Shown one piece after another: positions 1-8,237 of a DNA stretch of 24,094 nucleotides. This DNA is from a virus. Position 1 is the first letter of the stretch. The number at the start of each line of letters is the position of its first letter. The translations under genes and the position numbers were made by a program. The notes under the pieces are model-generated. The model searched no databases, had not been told where the DNA came from, and saw nothing but the letters and a program-made list of their open reading frames with translations. Location: positions 1-24,094 of IMG/VR virus record IMGVR_UViG_3300014914_000538; one strand, given 5' to 3'.

Positions 1-1
1 A

Positions 2-496
2 TGGGATGAATCTCTGAGAATTTATGCTCACATTCTTAATGGAATACTAAGTACTAAAGTAATGATAGGAGAATTTACTAAAGATACGTGGCACTCTATT
101 GTACTCGGAGCATATAGACATCCTTCTCAGGGATGGTATAAAATTTATGTAGACGGTAAATTAGTTTATTCTAAAGAAAACATTAACAATGTCAATTGGC
201 TAAATTATCCTTGGGCAATAGGAGGAGGAGCAACTGGATCTTATGTGAACACTTGGGAAACTAATTGGATGGATTGTTTTGCGGTTTCTAATCAATACTT
301 ATCTCCAGGAGCTGCAGATCCTCCGCCTCCTGAGTTATCTGTTTTCCAATCCCTTCTCTTTTATTCAAAAATAGCCTTGTCACCACGGCCTTTAATTTTA
401 ACTTCACTTAAACTCTTAAGTAAGATCTTACCTTTCTATTTCAAGAAAGTATTAAAAGAAGAAGAAAAAGAGCTAATATTTGAGGTGAATGCCTAA
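2..496 (+). CDS. 5'-truncated LamG/concanavalin-A-like domain protein, putative virion appendage
   Basis: The frame is open from position 2 (WDESLRIYAHILNG...), so the ATG at 62 is probably internal. WHSIVLG...YKIYVDGKLV...WAIGGG...WMDCFAVSNQYL fits the C-terminal half of LamG-type lectin domains. It ends in a basic/hydrophobic tail. Confidence 0.65.
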   Translation, partial: WDESLRIYAHILNGILSTKVMIGEFTKDTWHSIVLGAYRHPSQGWYKIYVDGKLVYSKENINNVNWLNYPWAIGGGATGSYVNTWETNWMDCFAVSNQYLSPGAADPPPPELSVFQSLLFYSKIALSPRPLILTSLKLLSKILPFYFKKVLKEEEKELIFEVNA

Positions 497-2748
497 TGCC
501 CACACTAGGGAACTGTGTACCGCGATCTGAAGCTTCTTGTCTCGTGTTAACTAACTGGAGAACAGTCTATCTTTTCCAACAAAAAGTCGAGTTCTCACAT
601 TCTGTGAAAATTACCGAATTTAAATGGCTGGGTTGTAGTTCTGCTGGAGGTACTAAATGGATTAAATGGATTCCTGTAATTTATAAATATTCTGAGCCTT
701 CTAACACCGCTTCTCTTGTCTATGTCCATCCCACACAAATCTCTTCTTCTTGGACCGAAACAACCCCTGTAGAAGTTCCTGCCACTCTCAATATTTTCCT
801 TGCCCCTGGTTCCTATATTTTTGGACTTGTTTGTTGTTCTCGAAGTTCAACCGCTGTTTATATTTCTGAAGGAGATTCAGCAGCTCCGAATACCAAATTA
901 CAAGTTCTAAGTAAAACTCTCTCGGACTGTTTTTCCTTACCAGATCCTTTTGGCTCTCCTGATTCAGAAACTGGAAGCCATTATTGGTACTACTGTATTT
1001 CTTATACAACCCCATCTTTAACCGAAATGGAAGTTACTTCAAATGCTAAAGATGCACCTTTTGAAATTTCAAGTACGGGAGTATTTGGTTTAGAAGATTA
1101 TTATATTACAGACTTTGCAGAATCATTTCCTACTGGACAAACTTTTACTCTAGAAGCCTCTAAAGTTTTTATGCCTTTTGAATTTGATGAAATTGGTCCT
1201 TCTTCAGTAGCAGTAGCCAACCACAGTTATTCAATAAGATGGCAAGATAAAGTTTTCTATGCAAATGACAATTATTGGGTATTTTGGACAGAAGATGATT
1301 ATAAAATGTATTATAAAAGCAGTCCAGATGGAATAAACTGGAGTGAGAAAAAAACTATTAGAAATGTAAATTATAAATATGGGGAGACAGCAGGAGTTAT
1401 TTATGATGGAACTTATTTTCATATCCATGTCAAGAGGGATTGGGATCTTTGGTTAGGAATTTTTAAACCAGAAAGCTCCGGCACTCTAACTATGAAAAGT
1501 CCGAGCTGGCAAAAAATGCATTATGCTGGTTGTTCTGGGGACTTTCCCTATGTTCTTACAGACCATTCTTATGACTTCTCTCATGATGGTGGAGCTATGA
1601 ATGTTTGGCATCATGCGAAACAGTCTGGAGTTGGAGCCTTAAGGCCAAGGTTTAGACATGATCCACATGACTTAACTGAAGATTTTGAATGGACTGCAGG
1701 AGAATGTTATCCTGGAACTATAGATCCATATGATTTTAGAGGTAACTTAGTTTTAGCATTACCAGATGGCAAGTTCCTAGTTTTAATGGTTAAACTTAAT
1801 GAAACTATTAAAGCTTATCTCTGGGACGGAAGCTGGGGCTCACAAGAAAAAGCTTCTAAAACTGGCACGGTTTGCCAATATGCTTCTGGCGGAGAGAATT
1901 GGGCTTATAGTGCAGTCGTAGATAACGAAGGAAATGTTCATTTAGTATATTTGAATTCATCTTATGAAGTTAGATATAGAAAACGGTTGTATAGCTTAGG
2001 TAAGTGGACAGATGAGAAGATTCTGTTTTCAGGAAGTAGAAAAGATCATGATACTAGGATAGTATTAGACCCTGAAACCAATGATCTCTATGTTTTTATA
2101 GCCCATGCCCCGACTACTAATCATATAGGTCTTATCAAGTATTATGCAGAAAAGAAATCTTGGTTGCCAATAATAGACCTAATAGACGAGAGTTCAACCG
2201 GTCTTTCAACGAGAACACGCTCGGATGACTGGGGAGGTCTTATTAATGCAGACAGGAAAGTTCGAGATGGTAGGTTAACTTTAATTTGGACCATAAATCA
2301 TGAAGGCAAGCATAAGATAAAGTTCATGTGTTTGAAGTTACCAAAATGGAGATGGAAATTCCAAAAGTGGGATAACGGGTCTACCGACACAGAAAGAACA
2401 ATTGTATTGACAGGATCTACATTTTCAATGAATTATATCAAAGAACTTCCTCTTAATGAAGAACTTAAATCTTCAAGAGTTTTAAGAGGGTACTGGATTA
2501 GGAAAGTAGTCAAATTAAGAGGAACACCGATTAAAGATACCTTTAAATCTACTTTTGAAGTTTCTCATTTCCTTGACAAAGTTCTAAAATTTCAAACTTT
2601 GAAAAGAATTCAAGAAAAGATTTTCTTATTTTCCCAACTTGTTCCATGGAAAGCAATAGTTAAAAAATTCTCTGCTAATATTCTTTTAAGACCTTATTTT
2701 GTTAAGATTCTTTTAAAATGGAAAGAAATCTCTAAGAAGGTGAAATAA
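496..2748 (+). CDS. Putative virion appendage/adhesin: N-terminal beta-sandwich, Asp-box beta-propeller inserted in a B-repeat/PEGA-like domain, basic-hydrophobic tail
   Basis: GAGGTGA SD at 482-488 and a TAATG overlap. Asp-box-like YYKSSPDGINWS and propeller-type blades (DNEGNVHLVY, VRYRKR...KWTDE). A split module is seen as EVTSNAKDAPFEI...FTLEAS plus WKFQKWDNGSTDTERTIVL. Confidence 0.6.
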   Translation: MPTLGNCVPRSEASCLVLTNWRTVYLFQQKVEFSHSVKITEFKWLGCSSAGGTKWIKWIPVIYKYSEPSNTASLVYVHPTQISSSWTETTPVEVPATLNIFLAPGSYIFGLVCCSRSSTAVYISEGDSAAPNTKLQVLSKTLSDCFSLPDPFGSPDSETGSHYWYYCISYTTPSLTEMEVTSNAKDAPFEISSTGVFGLEDYYITDFAESFPTGQTFTLEASKVFMPFEFDEIGPSSVAVANHSYSIRWQDKVFYANDNYWVFWTEDDYKMYYKSSPDGINWSEKKTIRNVNYKYGETAGVIYDGTYFHIHVKRDWDLWLGIFKPESSGTLTMKSPSWQKMHYAGCSGDFPYVLTDHSYDFSHDGGAMNVWHHAKQSGVGALRPRFRHDPHDLTEDFEWTAGECYPGTIDPYDFRGNLVLALPDGKFLVLMVKLNETIKAYLWDGSWGSQEKASKTGTVCQYASGGENWAYSAVVDNEGNVHLVYLNSSYEVRYRKRLYSLGKWTDEKILFSGSRKDHDTRIVLDPETNDLYVFIAHAPTTNHIGLIKYYAEKKSWLPIIDLIDESSTGLSTRTRSDDWGGLINADRKVRDGRLTLIWTINHEGKHKIKFMCLKLPKWRWKFQKWDNGSTDTERTIVLTGSTFSMNYIKELPLNEELKSSRVLRGYWIRKVVKLRGTPIKDTFKSTFEVSHFLDKVLKFQTLKRIQEKIFLFSQLVPWKAIVKKFSANILLRPYFVKILLKWKEISKKVK

Positions 2749-2772
2749 TGAAAGAATTAGGTGATAGACAAA

Positions 2773-3912
2773 ATGGGTTGGTTAACAGGTTGGAAATATA
2801 GAAAGTCACACATAATTAATAGTGCTTCTGATGCCGGGCAAAACTATCAGATAAGAATTACAGTTCATTATGGAAGTGGCGACGATAATGGAGAAGATGT
2901 TTATTTAAATACGAAATGTAAACCAGACTTTGGAGATATAAGATTTACATCTGATGATGGTTCTGCGCTTCTTAGCTCTTGGAGGGAAAAAAAGATCGAT
3001 TCTGACTATGCGATTTTTTGGGTAAAGATAGCTGATAATTTAAGTAGCAAAGATGTAACAATATACATTTACTATGGGAAAGAGGATGCAACTTATCCCT
3101 ATTTATCAAGCGATCAAGAGCATGGAGAAGCAACATTTGTGTTTTTCGATAATTTTGAAGATAATAATTTTGATGATGAAAAATGGCAAACATGGGGAAA
3201 TGGCGGTAATGTTAACGAGGAAAACGGAAAATTAATTGTCACTTCTGGAAAATGGGCTAATGAAAATAGATTTGTTGCAACTAAAAATATATTTCCTGTT
3301 CCCTTGGCGTTAGAAGCAAAAGTTAGAAGAGGGAATGAATATCACGAGGTTTGTTTTGGCATGTGTAGTCACGACCAAATAAATAATAATAATATTATCA
3401 ACAAGTTTTATTCTGCCCCTTTTGATGTGCGTCCAGATTCTGATAAAATTTCATATATAAATGGAAATGATGTAAATGCGACTATTGGACATTATTCATT
3501 TGATGAAGATACAGAACCTCACAGAGTGACCTTGATTAGAATGGGAACAGATTATGATAAGTTCTTTTGTGATGGGGAAGAAAAAAGCGTTGGTCATACA
3601 ACTTCTGTTGATAGACATATATTTGCTTTCGCAGAAAGATATCATGGACAAAGCATTATAGAATTAGACTGGGTAGCAGTTAGAAAGTATGCAGAGCCCG
3701 AACCTAGTCATGGTACTTGGGGTAGCGAACAAGGATTTTTTGTTTTCTCGGAAATACTTTCGCTAACTACAAGCTTAGAAATAACTTTAAGTAAAACTCT
3801 CGTGGGTGTTTTTCTTGCGAGAGTTTTGCTAGGAATTAACTATGTAAGAACTTTAAAGAGAAAATTCTTAGCTCGAATCGAAGAACAAGAAAAAGGGCTG
3901 AGAACAAAGTGA
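2773..3912 (+). CDS. DUF2341-domain protein with lectin-like beta-sandwich, putative virion appendage
   Basis: WLTGWKYRKSHII...NYQIRITV...DFGDIRFT...AIFWVKI...IYIYYG is the DUF2341 signature. The track start GTG 2761 lies inside the GGTGA SD (2760-2764), so ATG 2773 is preferred. Confidence 0.75.
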   Translation: MGWLTGWKYRKSHIINSASDAGQNYQIRITVHYGSGDDNGEDVYLNTKCKPDFGDIRFTSDDGSALLSSWREKKIDSDYAIFWVKIADNLSSKDVTIYIYYGKEDATYPYLSSDQEHGEATFVFFDNFEDNNFDDEKWQTWGNGGNVNEENGKLIVTSGKWANENRFVATKNIFPVPLALEAKVRRGNEYHEVCFGMCSHDQINNNNIINKFYSAPFDVRPDSDKISYINGNDVNATIGHYSFDEDTEPHRVTLIRMGTDYDKFFCDGEEKSVGHTTSVDRHIFAFAERYHGQSIIELDWVAVRKYAEPEPSHGTWGSEQGFFVFSEILSLTTSLEITLSKTLVGVFLARVLLGINYVRTLKRKFLARIEEQEKGLRTK

Positions 3913-3918
3913 GAATTC

Positions 3919-3928
3919 TTAAATATAA
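3919..3928 (+). promoter_or_regulatory. Archaeal TATA-box-like promoter element TTAAATATAA
   Basis: Lies in the intergenic gap, about 27-36 nt upstream of ATG 3955. The same motif recurs in other gaps. Confidence 0.55.
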
Positions 3929-3954
3929 TCTTCAAAATCTTATAAGTGATAAAG

Positions 3955-4269
3955 ATGAGCAGAATCGAAATAGTAAGAGGAGATAGAAATTTCTATTTGG
4001 AATTTACGATTCTAGACGCAGATGGAAATGCAGTAGATTTAACAAATGCTACTCCTAAACTAAAGTGGAAAAATTATTCAGATGGAAGTGTTAACTGGAT
4101 AATAGGAGAAGTTGTTAATGCAATAGAAGGTACTTGCAGGTTTTTAGTTCAAGATGAATTTTTAGGAGTTACTGGTGAGTTTAAGGCAGAAATAGAGATT
4201 ACGTATTCAGATGGAAAAATAATTACTGCTCCTAATTTATGTATAAAAGTTATTCCTGATCTTGCTTGA
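3955..4269 (+). CDS. BppU N-terminal-like Ig-fold protein (virion structural)
   Basis: IEIVRGD...LEFTILDADGNAVDLTNAT...GTCRFLV...GEFKAEIEITYSDGKIITAP matches the BppU/DUF2479-like pattern. ATG 3955 is preferred over GTG 3946. Confidence 0.65.
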   Translation: MSRIEIVRGDRNFYLEFTILDADGNAVDLTNATPKLKWKNYSDGSVNWIIGEVVNAIEGTCRFLVQDEFLGVTGEFKAEIEITYSDGKIITAPNLCIKVIPDLA

Positions 4270-4278
4270 GGAATTAAT

Positions 4279-4602
4279 ATGACTGATTGGGTAAAGGAAG
4301 TTGAAAAAGAGAAAGAAAAAATTAAAAAATGGAAGATAGAAGACAGACTAAGCTACTTAGCTAAACTTACTTTCATGAATGGAACAGTTGCTTCTTCAGT
4401 AGCAGGATGGCAACAGTGGCTTTCTAATGCAATTACTATGCAAAACTTCTCAGAAGAAGAATTGAAGAAGTTAGTAGATGAATTTGAGAAAATAACTCTT
4501 GCCTTCTTAGATCTTGACATTAAATATACAAAGTTTCTGAAAAACAGATTAGAAAAGAAAAAGAAGAAAGAGAATAAAGAGCAAAAATCTTATATCTCGT
4601 GA
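4279..4602 (+). CDS. DUF2153-like small helical protein
   Basis: DWVK...DRL...WQQWLSN...FSEEEL...LDLDIKYT resembles the archaeal DUF2153 family (WVK, DRL, FDQWL, LELDIKHT). Recognised by eye only. Confidence 0.55.
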   Translation: MTDWVKEVEKEKEKIKKWKIEDRLSYLAKLTFMNGTVASSVAGWQQWLSNAITMQNFSEEELKKLVDEFEKITLAFLDLDIKYTKFLKNRLEKKKKKENKEQKSYIS

Positions 4603-4607
4603 TAAAA

Positions 4608-7600
4608 ATGTCTCTAAAAGTTCTAGGAACTCGAGGAGAAATTGAGGAAACCTCGAAAAAACACAAGAAACATTCTGGTATTTTAATAGACGATGTTCTC
4701 TTCGACTTGGGCGAACCTATTTATCTTGATTTACATCCGAAAGCGATATTTCTTTCCCACCTACATCCAGACCATTATTTTCCAGAAAAGTATAAGAAAG
4801 AAAAAAATCCATTGAGAGAACATAGCAAGATTCCAATCTATAGTATTGAGAAACCCAGAGGAGCAGAGAATTGGATAAAACTTGAGAAGGGGAAAGAATA
4901 CAAAGTAAATGATTTAATAGTTATTCCAATTCCGACTGTTCATAGTAAGAAAGTAAAAACTACAGGGTTTCTAATCAAAACAAAAGGGAAGCGGATTCTT
5001 TATACTAGTGATTTATTATGGATAAAGAAGAAATGGCATGATAAGATTAAAGACCTAGATGTTGTAATAACGGATGGTTCTAGTTTCGATAGAGACTTAA
5101 TAAGAAGAGATAAAGAAACCGGACAACCTTATGGCCATGCATCAGTTAAGAAACTAGTTAAGTTCTTTAAGGATAAAGGAGCCAAGAATATAATAATTAC
5201 TCACTATGGAAAATGGCTTGTCGAAGAGCCTAAAAAGGGATACATAAAAATAAAAGAACTAACAGATGAAAAGACAAAGGTAATTCCTGCTAAAGATGGA
5301 GATGAATTCTCCTTGGAAGAATTAATAACTACTGAAGAAATTAAACCTATGATTCCTAAAGTAATTGCTAAAATTAAGCCTAAATGGGGTTTATATTTAG
5401 TAAAGCCTCATGGAGAGCTTATTGCTTCTGGCAAGAAAAAACTTATAGTAAAATCTAAACGTTTCGAATCTCATATTAATGAGCCTTTGTATCTTTTGGA
5501 AGATAACCTTTGTTGGGGTATTATTTCCTTACAAGCTCCAGAAAAAATCTCCTGGGAAAAGTTCCTAGAACTACAAGAGAAGCATTTAATCTCTGAAGAA
5601 GAAGTTGAAGACTGGAACTGGAATAGAAACAACTTATATGCATATGAATTTCAGGTTCTGAAAGTTTTTGATCCTCCTCTTCCTGTTAAAGTTCCAAAAG
5701 GAGTTCAGGTTTTCGTTTCAAGTAAAAAGTTAAAATGGAAGAAGGAGTTTAGTCTCTTAGATCTACTTTCTTATGAAACAGAAATCCCCGAAGTTTTCTT
5801 AGAAATCAGAGAGGAGTTAAGTTCTAGAGGAGTCTCGTATCACTTAGAAGGTTTGATCAAAGAGAGTACAAAAGATTGGGTTAAAAGCTACATAAAGAAT
5901 CTTGAAAAATATACTAGAGCTCAAGTAGGTGATGATTGGAGAATTGTCTTAGGCTGGTATTCTTCTCTTAAGAGAGGAAAGAAACTGTACAAAGGAAAAG
6001 AGAAGATCCCGATTACTATCAAAGATTGTCAAGAGATAGGACTAGCAATTGTAAAGGAACTTATCAAAAGAGGTTGTACATTTAATGCTCCTTCTACTTA
6101 TAAGAAATATGCAAGAGAACTATTCGAATGGATAATAAAGAAAATAGGTGGAATAGAGAAAATACCTTGGAAGAAAGGACAAAAGCCTGAGAAGTTAGAG
6201 AATAAAAAGATAGATCCGAGTAAAGTTACCAGAGAACAGTTAGAGTTTATAGATGCTCCTTATTGTAAGTCTTTAAGTGATAAAGAACTTAAGGCTCTAA
6301 ACAAGCGCTTGCATGAACTATATCGTAAGATAGGGAAAGTAATAGAACCTCTAGAGAATGCTCATATCTTTACTTGGAATGAAATGAGAAGAAGAGGGAT
6401 ACCTCAAGAAATCTGGGATGGTCTAACAGAAGCTACAGCTTTAGAGGTTATCGAATATCCGGAACCTGAGTTTGGAAAACCTCAGAAGGTTCTTTCTGCT
6501 GACGAAGAAAGAACTTTGGAAGAAATAATTAATAGTTTTCCTGATAAAATCGAGATAAACTTTCCATATCATATTTACTTAGTTGGTGGAGTAGTTAATA
6601 GAGAAAAAGACTTGAAAGATCATGATATTGATCTTCTATTTAAACAGCCTTATCCTTTCATAAATCCTACTATCAAGAGTTTTCTTTATCAAATAGCACA
6701 AAAAGATCCAAAGTTAGCAGAGAAACTTCATTTAGTTTGGGATCCTCATGGTCCTCAAATTGGTTATTGTGTTCCTCTGTATAAAATGACTTTTGAAAAA
6801 GTTCCTGCTAAATATAGAAAGAGAAGTTCTCCTTATGAATGGCTTTCTGAGGTTCCTAAATTATTTAAGCCGAGTATAGGTATGAAACCTAGATCGGGTC
6901 TTCATAAAAATGAATTCTTTGATGTCAAAGAAATGTGGGAAAAATGGGGTAAGAAATTTATTGATAGAGGAATAGTCGTTCAGAAGAAATATGATGGTAT
7001 GAGATTTCAAATTCATGTAAAAGGAAATAAAGTAGCTTGTTTCACAGAAGATAGGAAACGTGATAGAGCTAGTGTCTTTAAGAAATCAATTAAAGAACTT
7101 CTTCAGAAGAAAACAGCAGATAACTTTATCTTAGATGCCGAAATGGTGGAATACGATTGTCATGGAAAAGAAGTGAAGAATGAGTTAGAAAAGATTTGTA
7201 CTCCACTTAAGAGAGAAGATATGATAAAGTGGATAGGGGCAACTAAGAAAGGTCTTGATGACGAGAATGTAGTTTTTCATGTTCATGACTGTCTTATGAT
7301 TAATGGAGAACCTATTCATAACAAAGGCTGTATAGAAAGATGGAAAGCTATAAGGAAATGCTTCCCTGATAAACTAAAACACTGGTCTCGAGTTCCTTCA
7401 GAATTGGCTACAAATGCGAAAGAGTTCTTTAGAGCTGTAGATAAAATGCGATCGATTCCTGGTTCAGAAGGTGTAGTATGTAAAGCTGCAGACTCTCCAT
7501 ATAGAATAAAGTTTAAGGGAGAAAATAGGCCTGACTACTGGTGTAAATTGAAGAACTTGAAAGAAATAGATGTTATGGTCTATAAAGTAATTCAGAAGAA

Positions 7601-8237
7601 AACTAAAGAAGGAAAGCCTTTGGATCAATACCTTTATGTTTCTGCCTTTAGAATACCATGTACTATGTATGAGAAATTCAAACCAGATAAAGTCTTCAAG
7701 AAAGGTGGAAAGTGTTATTCAATAATTGGAAGAACTTATGCTACTTCCGAGAAATGTAAACCAGGAGATATAATTACAGTAAGACCTATTAAGATAGATC
7801 ACTTTGAAGACAAAAAGACTGGGAAAATCTGGTATGTTTGGATGTTCCCACTTTATGCAGGTAAACATCCTGCTAAGAAAGAACCAGATTCCTTAGATGT
7901 GGTGAAGAAGATAGAAGCTGTAGGAACTGGACCAACCAAAGAACAAAGAGTAACTCTCTCTAAGTTAGTCTTCAAATTAGAGCCTTGTCCCTTCTGGAAT
8001 GATGAAAGGATCTGTCCTTTCAAGACAAGATTCTTCATACCTAGGGATAAAGAAAAGAAAGAACTTTCTGAGAAAATTGATAAGATAGAGATAGAATACC
8101 TTAAATTCCCGATAGTTTGTCGGTTTGCTAATGTGTATAGATGTAGGTTCGTAAAGCCTTATTATTATGATATAAAAGAGTTTAAGGTAAAAGAAATAGA
8201 TGAGGATACAGGTGAAGAAATTGAAGATAACTCCTAA
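4608..8237 (+). CDS. Multidomain protein: MBL-fold hydrolase + ASCH + helical repeats + Pol-beta-like nucleotidyltransferase + ATP-dependent ligase (adenylation + OB) + Cys-rich C-terminus
   Basis: MBL HLHPDH (4758-4775), YTSD, GHAS and ITHYG. ASCH GLYLVKPHGELIASGKK (from 5382). NTase YLVGG..DHDID (6576-6632). Ligase motifs KYDG (6987-6998), ILDAEMV, HVHDCL, EGVVCK (7467) and WCKLK (7539). GTG 4599 is an alternative start. Confidence 0.85.
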   Translation: MSLKVLGTRGEIEETSKKHKKHSGILIDDVLFDLGEPIYLDLHPKAIFLSHLHPDHYFPEKYKKEKNPLREHSKIPIYSIEKPRGAENWIKLEKGKEYKVNDLIVIPIPTVHSKKVKTTGFLIKTKGKRILYTSDLLWIKKKWHDKIKDLDVVITDGSSFDRDLIRRDKETGQPYGHASVKKLVKFFKDKGAKNIIITHYGKWLVEEPKKGYIKIKELTDEKTKVIPAKDGDEFSLEELITTEEIKPMIPKVIAKIKPKWGLYLVKPHGELIASGKKKLIVKSKRFESHINEPLYLLEDNLCWGIISLQAPEKISWEKFLELQEKHLISEEEVEDWNWNRNNLYAYEFQVLKVFDPPLPVKVPKGVQVFVSSKKLKWKKEFSLLDLLSYETEIPEVFLEIREELSSRGVSYHLEGLIKESTKDWVKSYIKNLEKYTRAQVGDDWRIVLGWYSSLKRGKKLYKGKEKIPITIKDCQEIGLAIVKELIKRGCTFNAPSTYKKYARELFEWIIKKIGGIEKIPWKKGQKPEKLENKKIDPSKVTREQLEFIDAPYCKSLSDKELKALNKRLHELYRKIGKVIEPLENAHIFTWNEMRRRGIPQEIWDGLTEATALEVIEYPEPEFGKPQKVLSADEERTLEEIINSFPDKIEINFPYHIYLVGGVVNREKDLKDHDIDLLFKQPYPFINPTIKSFLYQIAQKDPKLAEKLHLVWDPHGPQIGYCVPLYKMTFEKVPAKYRKRSSPYEWLSEVPKLFKPSIGMKPRSGLHKNEFFDVKEMWEKWGKKFIDRGIVVQKKYDGMRFQIHVKGNKVACFTEDRKRDRASVFKKSIKELLQKKTADNFILDAEMVEYDCHGKEVKNELEKICTPLKREDMIKWIGATKKGLDDENVVFHVHDCLMINGEPIHNKGCIERWKAIRKCFPDKLKHWSRVPSELATNAKEFFRAVDKMRSIPGSEGVVCKAADSPYRIKFKGENRPDYWCKLKNLKEIDVMVYKVIQKKTKEGKPLDQYLYVSAFRIPCTMYEKFKPDKVFKKGGKCYSIIGRTYATSEKCKPGDIITVRPIKIDHFEDKKTGKIWYVWMFPLYAGKHPAKKEPDSLDVVKKIEAVGTGPTKEQRVTLSKLVFKLEPCPFWNDERICPFKTRFFIPRDKEKKELSEKIDKIEIEYLKFPIVCRFANVYRCRFVKPYYYDIKEFKVKEIDEDTGEEIEDNS

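Noticed and set aside
8200-8237. Programmed frameshift fusing the ligase and PE proteins across their overlap
   Set aside because: The downstream gene is in the +1 frame and has no canonical slippery heptamer. A GGTGA SD plus TTG at 8221 explains independent initiation.
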